This document shows, one piece after another, positions 40,314 through 50,485 of a stretch of 64,000 nucleotides of DNA. Source of the DNA: Ostreococcus lucimarinus. Lineage: Eukaryota. A program made the translations under genes and the position numbers. Each line of letters opens with the position of its first letter. Positions within the stretch are counted from its first letter, which is position 1. Where the stretch lies: the NCBI GenBank assembly GCA_000092065.1, contig CP000590.1; one strand, given 5' to 3'. A model generated the notes under the pieces. It saw only the letters and a program-made list of their open reading frames with translations. It was not told where the DNA came from and did no database searches.

Positions 40314-41861
40314 TCAGTCGAAGCTGCACCCTTTGATGCAAGTTCTTATGGCTTTCGCTTTTTCTCTCTCCACGAGCACGACTTTCTCTTGAACCATGTA
40401 AGCCTTCGCTTGACCTCCGCCGTCGGGCATGACCCACATGGGTAACTGCACGGTCGGCACGTCTTGAAGTTTCGCATCTTCGGCTTTGACCCATTTGTAT
40501 TTCGGAGTGAAATCGGGCTTGCCTCCGATGTAGTGGCGAGTGCCGTGTTTGACGGTGGCGGCTTCGTACGAATCGACGACGCGGCGAAAGGTCTGGAGCG
40601 AACCGAAGTGGTGCTCGATGGCTGCGTTCAGCGCGGCGTCGGCGTAGGCGTACAGCGCGGCGTCGCGAGTGGTGACATTCTTGATGGTCACTTCGAGCGC
40701 TTCTTTGTCTACCTTATCCACGTTAGTGCCGGTGTTGGAGAAGACGTACCGCAAATCCCGCACGCCAGCTATTTTCCCTACGACGTGCAGAAATTCGTTG
40801 AAACGTTCGGTAGTCCCGACAACATCAAACTGCCCCACGAGCGCCTCGACCCGCGCCCACTTTTCATCGCTCACCGTGATGCAGTCTTTCGTCCACTTAT
40901 CGTTTTTCTCATACGTCGGCGCGCGCAAGTGATGGACGCACTCCTCCCACAACAGCTCGCGCGTTTGCATATCCTGTTTCGTCGCCGCCCACTCGTGCAA
41001 GCTACGCCCCCACACGTTCTTCGTTGACTCCCCCGCTTGTTCTTTCTTTATTTCTTCCTCCATGCCATCGTGCACGTAATATGCGTAGTAACTCGCGTAC
41101 TGATCAACGGGTTTCCGCACCAAGTAGGACGTCGTCACCGAACACGAATCCGCAAACTCTTCCTTCATCGCCAACACATCCTCAAACACCACATTCGCGA
41201 AGTTCTGCGCGTTCCAACTATTTGGATAGTGCCCTCTCACCTCCACGAGCGTTCTCGGTGGCACTGCACGCGTGCCATTCACGTACGCTCTCGCCGCGTC
41301 CGTCCACGCCGTCTTCAGCGCCTCCCACTCTTCCCGCGAAGCGCCGTACGGTATCGGATACTCCCACTCACCGAGCACCGTCTGCCTTTCGAACCAAAAC
41401 CGCACCGTCGTCCCACCCGTTTTACTGACGTGTCTAAATAAGTGCAGCGCGCACGGCTCATCGCTCTTCGCCGTCGCCGTCGCCGTCGTCGTCGCGTTCG
41501 AAGTCGTCGTCGCCGCCGTCGCGTCCCGCTCGCCGACGCTCGCCGACGCCGTCTCCAACTCTCGCGCCGTCTCCACCGATCCATCCGCGCTCGTCGCGCC
41601 GGCGTCATCGCGCGCGTTCGACGACTCGTGAATGCTCTGTTCGGCGACGTCGAGCGCGACCGGGGCGCGCCAGACGAGCTCTGGTTTGGCTACGAAGACG
41701 GTTGAAGTAATCTGCGTTCGCGAGCTCGGCTCGACCGAGTCGCCGTCATCGAACGATTGCCGCTCGGCGCGCCAGCGGTGCGCGGATACGACGACGAGAA
41801 CGGCCAGGACGAGCGCGGCCGCGGCGCGAAAGGCGGTGAACCATCGCGCGCTAGCGCTCAT
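40314..41861 (-). CDS. Type II membrane sulfotransferase-like protein (Sulfotransfer_2-like 5'-PSB / 3'-PB motifs)
   Basis: An N-terminal TM anchor (WFTAFRAAAALVLAVLVVVSAHRW), then LHLFRHVSKTGGTTVRFWF (a 5'-PSB-like K-x-G-T-T) and YLVRKPVDQYASYYAY (a 3'-PB-like R-x-P-x-x-x-x-x-S-x-Y). The first ATG is at 41861. Confidence 0.5.
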   Translation of the reverse strand: MSASARWFTAFRAAAALVLAVLVVVSAHRWRAERQSFDDGDSVEPSSRTQITSTVFVAKPELVWRAPVALDVAEQSIHESSNARDDAGATSADGSVETARELETASASVGERDATAATTTSNATTTATATAKSDEPCALHLFRHVSKTGGTTVRFWFERQTVLGEWEYPIPYGASREEWEALKTAWTDAARAYVNGTRAVPPRTLVEVRGHYPNSWNAQNFANVVFEDVLAMKEEFADSCSVTTSYLVRKPVDQYASYYAYYVHDGMEEEIKKEQAGESTKNVWGRSLHEWAATKQDMQTRELLWEECVHHLRAPTYEKNDKWTKDCITVSDEKWARVEALVGQFDVVGTTERFNEFLHVVGKIAGVRDLRYVFSNTGTNVDKVDKEALEVTIKNVTTRDAALYAYADAALNAAIEHHFGSLQTFRRVVDSYEAATVKHGTRHYIGGKPDFTPKYKWVKAEDAKLQDVPTVQLPMWVMPDGGGQAKAYMVQEKVVLVEREKAKAIRTCIKGCSFD

Positions 41862-41922
41862 GGCGCGTTGCGCTGTGAGGCGCTCGCGCGCGGCGACTAC
41901 GACTACGTTACACCGAGGAGCG

Positions 41923-44091
41923 CTAGTCGCTCCAATCGGAATCGTCAGAATCACCACCGAGGTGTGATCCAGACAGGTCTAATTGCGCGGCTATGGCGGA
42001 GTTGAGCTCGCCGAGACCTTTGTTCGGTGGCGGTGGCGGTGGCGGTTTCTTTGGCGGCGAAATCGAGCGCGGCGGCGGCGGCGGCTTGGGCGGTTTGCCG
42101 ACGCTCGGGGGTGGCGACGGAGGAATGTTACGCGAGGATGGCGGCGGTGGTGGCGTTGGCGCTGGAGGGGGTGTTGTACCGCGCGAGGGCGTCGGCGAAG
42201 TCTCCGAATCAGAGATCACCGAGGACGTCGCGGATGTGAAATCGCTCGCGCTCGCTTGTTTCTTGCGAAGAGAAACGCCAGCTTGGATCGACGCCATGAG
42301 CATAGCGTGCGGATCGTTTGGATTCGGTGGATTTGGTGGTGATGGTGCAGCGTTCTCGTCCGGTGGCGCGTGCCCGCCAGGCGGTGGTGGAGGGGGAGGA
42401 GGTGGTGGAGGGGGAGGCGGAGGGGGAGCGCTCGGCGCGCTCGGCGCGCTCGCCTGCATCGAAGCAGGAGGCATCGCCACAGGGGCAGAACTTCCAGGGC
42501 GTGGAGGCACAGGACGTCCTTCTGCTAAGGCCTGGCGCGCCGTTGCTTTCCATTGTTTGTAAATAGCTCTCTCCTCCTTCGCCGCGCGGCGTCTCGCGCG
42601 ATCCGCCCGACGCTCCTCACGCTCGATGCGCGCACGTTCCATCGTCGTCAGCGGTCTCGATGGTGTTTCCGCCGCGAGTTCAGCGGCTTGCCACAGGGCA
42701 GTGTTTTCGCCGTTCGCGTTTGACGCAGGAGCGTCGCGATTAGAGGCATCGTCATCACGAAGTAACATGCCCCACATCTCTGCTTCCATCTTCGCCAAGT
42801 CCGCGCTCGCCCTGGCGAACGCTCGCAAGCCGCGCGTGAGCGCATTTCCTGACAACCGGTGAAATCTAGGAAGCTCGTCGCGCATGCGCTCGACTATCAT
42901 GTCGTATCGCTCCTTTGCCTCTTTCATCAAAGCCTCGGCGGCGAGACAATCCGGATCCACCGTGGCGAGCGCTCTGCCTTTTTGGCGAACCACCTCGTCA
43001 TACCGATCGCACGTGATTTCGTAGTGTAAGAGCGTTTCTGCACGATCTTCAAACGTCTCTCGCACCGCACCGAGCATCCGCAAGCAATCCTTGAACTCCC
43101 GCTTGAGCGCTTTCATGTGTTCAACGACTTGCAGCTCGTGCGCGTCCTCGCCAGTCAACGATTCTGCGCAATCTGCAAATGCACCGAGCACGGTTCCCAA
43201 CGACACGCACTTACTTCTACGCGCCAAAGGTCGACCCCAACCTGACTCACACTCTCCCATCGCGCGCGCGCTCTTTCCTAGTTCCAACAGCCTCGTCGCG
43301 TTCACACGCTGTTCCAACTGTTTCATGTACTCTCTCGCGCTCTCTCGAAAGCCCACAATCTGGTCCTCAATCTTCTTCGTGTACTCAATCACTTGCAAAT
43401 ATTGCGGGTCTTCATCCTTGAGCACGCTCGATATCGTCCGCGTGCTGCCGAACATCTGCCCGAACCACGAGGGATTCGCCGCGCTCGGGCTCGACGTTGA
43501 AGCGCCGCCGCCGACCGCCGCCCCTAACATCCGCCGCGCCATCGCATCGACGAACGCCCCTCGATCATTCTCCGTGAGAAACATCAACAGCGCTGTGGAG
43601 TTATACAGCATCGGGTGCTCGCCACATCGCGTCAAAAACTGCACGAGATGTTGCCTTCGCTTTTCGCACGCGTCGCCATCCAACGCCGTCGTCCGCGCGC
43701 GTTCGCCCTCCAATTCCGGCGCCTTCGGCAGCGGCGGGATCACCGCTCCCGGATACGACTCCCGCAATCGCGTTCGCAGCGTGACAAAGTCTCCGTACCG
43801 CCGCTGGACGTCGAACGTGGCGTGTCCATCGCGTAATTCACTTCGGCATTGCAAAATGTATTCTCTCGCCGTCGCGCGCGTTTTGACGCTGAACGCCACG
43901 TGCGCGTCTCGCGGATCGCTCGCGACGAGCGTAGGTGCGGTGAGTTGTATCTTCACCGCCCCGGGTTGTATCTTCTTGTCCCGGCGCGACGACGACGCGC
44001 GCGTGGACGCGACGGATGGCGCCATCGCGCGCGCGAATTTGAAGTCGGTTGCGCGCGGGGGCGGGCGCGGGGGCGTCTCCGCGAAACGCAT
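41923..44091 (-). CDS. Sorting nexin with PX and BAR domains, carrying a C-terminal poly-proline tract and a WH2-like motif
   Basis: PX domain: RRYGDFVTLRTRLRESYPGAVIPPLPKAP. A long helical BAR-like region follows. The C-terminus reads PPPPPPPPPPPPPPPPGGHAPP...DPHAMLMASIQAGVSLRKKQ, a WH2 consensus (LxxxIxxGxxLKK). An alternative ATG lies at 44025. Confidence 0.65.
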   Translation of the reverse strand: MRFAETPPRPPPRATDFKFARAMAPSVASTRASSSRRDKKIQPGAVKIQLTAPTLVASDPRDAHVAFSVKTRATAREYILQCRSELRDGHATFDVQRRYGDFVTLRTRLRESYPGAVIPPLPKAPELEGERARTTALDGDACEKRRQHLVQFLTRCGEHPMLYNSTALLMFLTENDRGAFVDAMARRMLGAAVGGGASTSSPSAANPSWFGQMFGSTRTISSVLKDEDPQYLQVIEYTKKIEDQIVGFRESAREYMKQLEQRVNATRLLELGKSARAMGECESGWGRPLARRSKCVSLGTVLGAFADCAESLTGEDAHELQVVEHMKALKREFKDCLRMLGAVRETFEDRAETLLHYEITCDRYDEVVRQKGRALATVDPDCLAAEALMKEAKERYDMIVERMRDELPRFHRLSGNALTRGLRAFARASADLAKMEAEMWGMLLRDDDASNRDAPASNANGENTALWQAAELAAETPSRPLTTMERARIEREERRADRARRRAAKEERAIYKQWKATARQALAEGRPVPPRPGSSAPVAMPPASMQASAPSAPSAPPPPPPPPPPPPPPPPGGHAPPDENAAPSPPNPPNPNDPHAMLMASIQAGVSLRKKQASASDFTSATSSVISDSETSPTPSRGTTPPPAPTPPPPPSSRNIPPSPPPSVGKPPKPPPPPRSISPPKKPPPPPPPNKGLGELNSAIAAQLDLSGSHLGGDSDDSDWSD

Positions 44092-44114
44092 TGATTTGAT
44101 TGCAGCTACGAGGG

Positions 44115-46166
44115 CTAGTTCCTCTTATTACTCAAGATCCCGGCGAAAGTCTCGTTGGGGATGTCTACGTTGCCTATGCGGCGCATGCGGCGCTTGCCTT
44201 CTTTTTGCTTTTCTAATAATTTCTTCTTGCGTGAAATGTCGCCGCCGTAACACTTGGCGGTGACGTTTTTACGCATCGCGGAGATGGTTTCGCGAGCGAT
44301 TACCTTACTGCCTAGCGCGGCTTGCAGAGCGACTTCGTAGAGCTGGCGCGGGAGAGCTTCCTTTAAGCGCGCGACGAGGTCGCGGCCGTGGCGCTGGGCT
44401 TTGCTGCGATGGACGAGCGTAGCCAAGGCGTCGACGACTGAGCCGTTGACAAGAACGTCCATGCGTACGATGTCACTCTTCGCCATCCCAGCGTCGTCGT
44501 AATCGAACGTCGCGTACCCACTCGAGCGAGATTTCAGCTCATCCGCAAAGTCGGCGGCGACTTCACCGAGTGGAAGCCTGTAGCGGAGAATCACTCGCGA
44601 ATCATCTAAAAAGTTTTGCTCGAGTTGCTCGCCGCGACGGTCCATGCACAATTCGACAACCTTCCCGACCACGTGCGGCTGGCAAATTATCGTGGCCTCG
44701 ACGAGAGGTTCTTCGATTTCCGTGCCTTTGGACGGGAAGCCACCCGATGGGATCGCGAGCGGTGATGTGCAATCGATATACGCTTCGTCGTTGGCGTGCT
44801 TGATGCGATACGGCACCGTCGGCGCGGTCGCGATGATTTCCGCGCCGAATTCCTCTTGTAGACGCTGGTGGAAAACATCGGCGTGCAGCAGACCGAGGAA
44901 TCCACACCGAAACCCCGCGCCGAGCGCGGTGCTGTTCTCCGTTTGCGCCGTCACGCTGGCATCATTCAAAGTCAGCTTACTCACCGCCGCTTTGAGCTTT
45001 TCAAAATCATCGGAATTCACCGGGTATAGTCCTTGAAAAACCATCGGTTTCGCCGGTCTAATCCCTGCGAGCGGTTCTACGGGTTCATTTTTCATGTGAA
45101 GCGTATCGCCAACTTTCGACGACCGCACGTCGCGGACGTTTGTGATCATGTAGCCGACTTGTCCGGCGTACATCGCGTCGGTCTTCGTCCGCTCGGGCGT
45201 CATCATCCCGAGCTCCAATACCTCGAAATGCTGACCACTGGCGCACGACGACACTTTATCCCCTTTTCTGATGACCCCATCCGCGACTTGCACGATGTTC
45301 ACCGCGCCTCGATAATCGTCGTAGTGGCAATCGAGCAACAACACGCGCAACGGCCCGTTTGGATCGCCAGACGGATGCGGCACGTGCTTCACCACAGCGC
45401 TCAAAACCTTCTCCGCATTGTGACCCGTCTTCCCAGAAACCTCTAAGACGTCTTCGCGTTCAACTCCGAATGCACGCTCCATCTGTTTCGCCACTCGCTC
45501 CACATCCGCGCTCGTCATATCCACCTTGTTCGCCGCTGGCACGATGGCCAAATTCCTATCGAGTGCTAAATAAAACGTAGCGATCGTCTGAGCCTCCACC
45601 CCTTGCGTCGCATCGACGAGCATGACCGCGCCATCGCACGCGCTCAACGATCTCGACACCTCAAAGCTAAAATCTGCGTGTCCAGGCGTGTCGATTAGGT
45701 TCAACAAGTACGCCTGTCCGTCGCTCGGCTCGCGGTGCAGGATGCTCACCGCCTGCGCCTTCACCGTGATCCCTCGTCGCCGTTCCACCGGCAGTGTGTC
45801 GAGGACTTGTTTATTGCTTCCATCTCGCTTTATCGCTCCAGTCAGTTCGAGCAATCGATCGGCCAGCGTGCTTTTGCCGTGGTCCACGTGCGCGATGATG
45901 CTAAAGTTTCTCGTGCGCTCGCGCGGAATCGCCGCGAGTTCGTCCGCGGTCGGCGGTCTCTCCTCCTTCAGCGCGTCTCGCGCGGACGCGTAAGACGCAC
46001 TCGTCGACGCGAACGCGCGCGCAGCGCACGAACGGACGATTCGGTCGACGAGGACTCGCCTGAGGGCCATGGTGCGACCGCCCGAGAGTGCAGCCGCGTC
46101 GGCGCGCGACGGGACCGCGAGCGGCGAGGGCGCGCGGCGATCACGACGATAGGATTGTGGACGCAT
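44115..46166 (-). CDS. GUF1: Translation factor GUF1/LepA (organellar elongation factor 4)
   Basis: [24 protein letters not shown] (G1), [12 protein letters not shown], and colinear LepA-specific C-terminal-domain blocks. The N-terminus is a presequence. Confidence 0.9.
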
Positions 46167-46225
46167 GAATTAATAACAATGGTTGAAATTGAGACGCGCG
46201 ACGGTCTAATGTGACGCGCGATGGT

Positions 46226-47743
46226 CTATTGCGCGCCGCCCATGCCCGAGACGTCTTGCGGGAACAAAGCCGCCAACTTCTCAAAGACGCCCATGATTTG
46301 CGGATCGTTTTGGTACTTGGTGATGTTCATCGGGTTCGTGGAGCAGTCCATGACGGCGGCCTGCACCTTGGGGTCTTGGAACGCTTGCGCCAACTCGGGG
46401 TCGGACATGATTTGCGTGAGCACGTCCTCCGGCTTCATGCCCATTTGCGCAAACTGCTCTTGCACTTCGGGAGAGTTGATGTCGGGCATGCTCATGCCGC
46501 CCGGAGCACCCATACCTCCAGCCTTCATTTGAAGCATGATTCCTTTCAATTGATCCTTGTACTGCGGGTTCGAGAGCAACATCTCGAACGTCTCCGGGTT
46601 GCGCATGAACTCGGGCAAGTACGGGTACATGAGCTTTTGCATCTCCGGATTGCGAATCATTTCTTGCATGTACTGCAAGTCCTCTTCGCTCACGTCATCC
46701 GTCGCAGCGCCCGCGGGGGCGGTGTCTTCGGCGTCGTCAAAGAACGGGTTGGACGACGGCGGCGCCGTCGTCGGCTCGACGACCGGGGTTTGTTGGTCGG
46801 CGAAACCGGCGAATTCAGACTTGACCGCCGGGCTCGGCTCCTCCGCCGTCGTCGGTTGCGTCGTAGTCGCGCTGCCTCGACCGGACGACGTCGGCGTCGC
46901 CGCGGTCGCCGGCTTCGGCGCCGCCGGCTTCGGCGGACTCGGCTTCACGTCCACCGGCGGCGTGGCGCTAGCGCCCGGAAACGGTGGAAACCCGCCCGCC
47001 GCGCCGGGCGTGCCCGGCGTGCCCGGCATGCCCGGCATGCCCGGCATCCCGCCCGGCATCCCGCCCGGCATCCCGCCCGGCATCCCGCCCCCGGCTTGAC
47101 TCGTGAACTGCTTCACCATCTGCTGCATCATCATCGACTGCATGTCTTGCTTCTTCGCCCCGAAAATCTTCCCGCCGACCGTCGCGAGCGCGACGCCCAA
47201 CCCGACCCACATCCACGCCGGCACGTCCGACCCCGACGACTTCTTCGCCACCGGCGGCGGCGGCGGCGCGTAATAATACTGCTGCGACCCCTGTCCCGTC
47301 GTCGGCGGGTACATCGTCGGCGGCATCGGCATCGGCATCGCCATCGACGCCGCGTTCGCGTCGCCGTTCGCTTCCGTCGCCAACCCCGCGTCCGCGTCCG
47401 CCTTCGCGTTCGCCCCATCGCGCCCGTTCGCCGCCGCGCGCGCGCCCATCGCCCCTCCGCGCCGTCCCCGCGTCGTCACCGATCGTCCCTCGCGTCTTCG
47501 CGCGCATCGCGCCGTCGGTCTCGTCGCCGTCGGTCTCGTCGCCGTCGCCGTCGTCGTCGCCATCGTCGTCCCGTATCGATGCGCGTTCGCGATCGATCGT
47601 CTCGCGTCGGTCGTCGGTCGTCGGTCGGCGGTCGGCGCGCGCGCGATCGATCGGTCGGCGGTCGCGTCGCGCGCGGCGCGTCGTCGTGTGCGGTCGCGTC
47701 GTCGGCGCGCGATCGATCGATCGATCGGATCGGGCGGATCCAT
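46226..47743 (-). CDS. Tic40-like protein: TM anchor, Pro/Gly-rich linker, C-terminal Sti1/Hip/Hop (DP) domains
   Basis: TM helix VPAWMWVGLGVALATVGGKIFGA; the repeat (GGMP)n; DP repeats MQEMIRNPEMQKLM...NPETFEMLLSNPQYKDQL and IMSDPELAQAFQDPKVQAAVMDCSTNPMNITKYQNDPQIMGVFEKLAALFP, which resemble the Tic40 C-terminus. The ORF-track start at 47773 is a GTG, and the first ATG is at 47743. Confidence 0.55.
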   Translation of the reverse strand: MDPPDPIDRSIARRRRDRTRRRAARDATADRSIARAPTADRRPTTDARRSIANAHRYGTTMATTTATATRPTATRPTARCARRREGRSVTTRGRRGGAMGARAAANGRDGANAKADADAGLATEANGDANAASMAMPMPMPPTMYPPTTGQGSQQYYYAPPPPPVAKKSSGSDVPAWMWVGLGVALATVGGKIFGAKKQDMQSMMMQQMVKQFTSQAGGGMPGGMPGGMPGGMPGMPGMPGTPGTPGAAGGFPPFPGASATPPVDVKPSPPKPAAPKPATAATPTSSGRGSATTTQPTTAEEPSPAVKSEFAGFADQQTPVVEPTTAPPSSNPFFDDAEDTAPAGAATDDVSEEDLQYMQEMIRNPEMQKLMYPYLPEFMRNPETFEMLLSNPQYKDQLKGIMLQMKAGGMGAPGGMSMPDINSPEVQEQFAQMGMKPEDVLTQIMSDPELAQAFQDPKVQAAVMDCSTNPMNITKYQNDPQIMGVFEKLAALFPQDVSGMGGAQ

Positions 47744-47754
47744 CGATGGATGCG

Positions 47755-47925
47755 CCGCCGACGACGAAATCACACGCGCGCGGCGCCGACGACGAAATCA
47801 CAAATCACACGCGCGCGGCGCCGACGACGAAATCACACGCGCGCGGCGCCGACGACGAAATCACAAATCACACGCGCGCGGCGCCGACGACGAAATCACA
47901 CGCGCGCGGCGCCGACGACGCGAAT
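47755..47925. repeat. Minisatellite: about 5 tandem copies of a 31/38-bp unit CGCCGACGACGAAATCACA(AATCACA)CGCGCGCGG in a divergent promoter
   Basis: Read directly from the sequence. The flanking features are (GATC)4 at 47711-47728 and the palindrome CCATCGATGG. It lies between the Tic40-like start (47743, minus strand) and the phosphatase start (48151, plus strand), and is translated spuriously in ORF 47686... Confidence 0.7.
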
Positions 47926-48150
47926 CATCCATCGATCCGCCGACCGACGGACGGCCGGGGCGGCGACGCGACGCGCGCGCGCGACACGACGGCGCGCGCC
48001 GGGACGACGACGCGCGACGCGCGAACGCGCCGTCGCGCGACGACGCGCGAGAAACGCGAGAAACGCGAACGGGCGCGACGCGATTCGACCGCGACCGCTA
48101 AGGAAGGACGGGGCGAACGCGCGCGAATCGACGGCGACGCGACGACGACG

Positions 48151-50385
48151 ATGGCGCTGGAGACGCCGAGCTCGCTCGGGAACGATGATCGCGCGGCGAT
48201 GATGATTCAGGCGGCGTATCGGAGGCATCAGGCGCGGGCGGACGCGGGACGAAGGGCGAAGACGACGGCGCTGGAGACGCTGGAGGAACACGAGGAGGCG
48301 ATGATCAACGGGAGGCAGGCGTTGGTGGTGAGGATGAACGAGAGGCTCCGCGGTGGGCTGCGAGGGAAGCTGGCGAGAGGGTTGGCGCGGATGCGGATCG
48401 CGAGGGCGTTGGGGGGGAAGGGACGGGACGACGCGGAGGCGGAGGAGGAGGCGCCGCTGCCGTCGCTCGGGGCGGCGGCGTTGGAGGATATCATCGATTC
48501 GTTGAAGCGAGGGAACGTGTTTTCGTTGATTGATGCGATGGCGATTTTACAAGCGGCGACGGTGCGGTTCGCGGAGGAAGAGAGCGTGAATTACGTGAAC
48601 GCCGAGCCGGGTGGATCCGTCGTCGTCGTGGGCGATTTGCACGGACAGTTGCACGATTTGCTCTTCGTGCTGAAAGAGCGAGGGATGCCGTCGGATAAGG
48701 TGAAGTACGTGTTCAACGGAGACTTGGTGGATCGAGGTAATCACGGGTGCGAAATCGCGCTGTTGTTGTGCGCGCTGAAGCTCGCGTCGCCGCGGTGCGT
48801 GTTCATCAACCGCGGCAACCACGAAGAAGCGTTCATCAACATTTACAGCGGCTTCGAGGAGGAGTGTCTACAAAAGTACGATCATAAAGTATTCCAGATG
48901 TTCCAAAGTTGCTTCGATTGGTTACCGTACGCGTGCGTGGTGAATGAGTCCGTGTTTGTCATCCACGGCGGCCCGCCGTGCGACGAGGGGGCGACGGTGG
49001 ATGAAGTGCGAACTTTACCGCGAGGGGCGGAGAGCGCGCGCGTGTCGGTGGACAAAAGGCGCGTGGGATGGTACAAAGAACTTGTTTGGAGCGATCCGCA
49101 TCCCGAGGCTACGTTCATAGGCAGCGTGCCTTCGCATCGCGGCGCTGGTGTACTTTGGGGCAAAGACGTCTCGGAAAGATTTCTGCAGAAAAACAAATTA
49201 GAAGTCATCATCCGCTCCCATCAGTGCGTGGCCGGCGGTGTCGAGACGTGCCACGGCGGCAAGGTGTTTACGCTGTTCTCCGCGTCTAGATATTGCGGTA
49301 CTGGCGAGAATAAAGGGGCTATTTTATCACTCATGCACGGTGATAGAACGCCACAGCCGCAAAACGCGCTCGTTTGGAGCATTCCATCGGGCACTGGGTT
49401 GTTGGGCTACGAGCGCATCAAGTCCGAGCGCAAGGGCAAGGAAGCGGTGAACGACGCCGTGGCGCAGCAAGCGAGCGAGTACATTATTGAAAACAAGGCT
49501 GATTTATACCGCCACTGGTCCACTGTTTCGGCGAAACGGCGCGAGCATTCGTACTTAATCAACCTGTTCGAGTGGGCGGACGGGTTGTCCAAGGTGCTGA
49601 AGATCAAAATATTATGGTCCAAGGTGTTCGACAAGCTCGTGAAAACGGAACACATCGAAATGATGAACGGCAAACGCTATGTAAAGTGGAAAGAGTTTCT
49701 GGGTGAGTACACCGTAAAGCTCAGGGGTGGCTGCAAGGAGTGGCAAGACCACGTCGTTTCGCGCATTACGTCGGCGGTATTACAATCCGGAAACGATTTG
49801 TTGACGGCGTTCGACGAGATGGATGCGGACAAAAACGGTGTCATCAGCCAAAACGAATTCAACACCGCCTTGCGGCGAAGCATACCGTCGCTCGCGATTC
49901 TCTCGGACGCGCAACTCGCCGCGGTATGGAGCGCGTTTGACGTGGACAATTCGGGCACGGTAGATTTCGAAGAGTTTGGCGAGATGCTCTCGAATTCGAT
50001 GCAATCCAGGGAGCGAGAGGGAAAAGTCGGCGTTCGCTGGAGCACGCGCACGCCAGAAAAATCAAACGCCTCCGGCGACTCTGACGCCTCGAACGAGTCT
50101 CAATGGGAGCAAAACCTCAGCGAAGCGTTTGGTCGACTCTTCTATTCCCATCGTAAAGAGCTCTACCACGTTTGGCACTCCAACTTTGACCTCGATGAAT
50201 CAAAGTCGCTCGCCAAGGAGGATTTCGTCTCCATGCTCCGCGCGCTCGACGAATCCACCGGTAAGCATTTATTCGACGACGAAGCCCTCGCCAAGCTCGC
50301 TGATGGCATGGACATCAACGGCGACGGAAGGATCGATTTCCAAGAATTCTGTACAAACATCGGTCGAATGGCGAACGAGTATTAG
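48151..50385 (+). CDS. Ser/Thr protein phosphatase with an IQ motif and C-terminal EF-hands (PPEF/rdgC-type PPP)
   Basis: IQ motif MMIQAAYRRHQARA. PPP catalytic motifs GDLHGQ, GDLVDRG, GNHE and the HGG region. Three EF-hand loops: DADKNGVISQNEF, DVDNSGTVDFEEF and DINGDGRIDFQEF. Confidence 0.8.
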   Translation: MALETPSSLGNDDRAAMMIQAAYRRHQARADAGRRAKTTALETLEEHEEAMINGRQALVVRMNERLRGGLRGKLARGLARMRIARALGGKGRDDAEAEEEAPLPSLGAAALEDIIDSLKRGNVFSLIDAMAILQAATVRFAEEESVNYVNAEPGGSVVVVGDLHGQLHDLLFVLKERGMPSDKVKYVFNGDLVDRGNHGCEIALLLCALKLASPRCVFINRGNHEEAFINIYSGFEEECLQKYDHKVFQMFQSCFDWLPYACVVNESVFVIHGGPPCDEGATVDEVRTLPRGAESARVSVDKRRVGWYKELVWSDPHPEATFIGSVPSHRGAGVLWGKDVSERFLQKNKLEVIIRSHQCVAGGVETCHGGKVFTLFSASRYCGTGENKGAILSLMHGDRTPQPQNALVWSIPSGTGLLGYERIKSERKGKEAVNDAVAQQASEYIIENKADLYRHWSTVSAKRREHSYLINLFEWADGLSKVLKIKILWSKVFDKLVKTEHIEMMNGKRYVKWKEFLGEYTVKLRGGCKEWQDHVVSRITSAVLQSGNDLLTAFDEMDADKNGVISQNEFNTALRRSIPSLAILSDAQLAAVWSAFDVDNSGTVDFEEFGEMLSNSMQSREREGKVGVRWSTRTPEKSNASGDSDASNESQWEQNLSEAFGRLFYSHRKELYHVWHSNFDLDESKSLAKEDFVSMLRALDESTGKHLFDDEALAKLADGMDINGDGRIDFQEFCTNIGRMANEY

Positions 50386-50485
50386 CGCTTCGTCTCTTTG
50401 TGTAACACCATTCCAACGCCTGCGCGCGAAACGCGAGCGCGTCGCGGCGGTCGCCGCCGCGCAGCGCTCCGAGCGTCACATCGCG

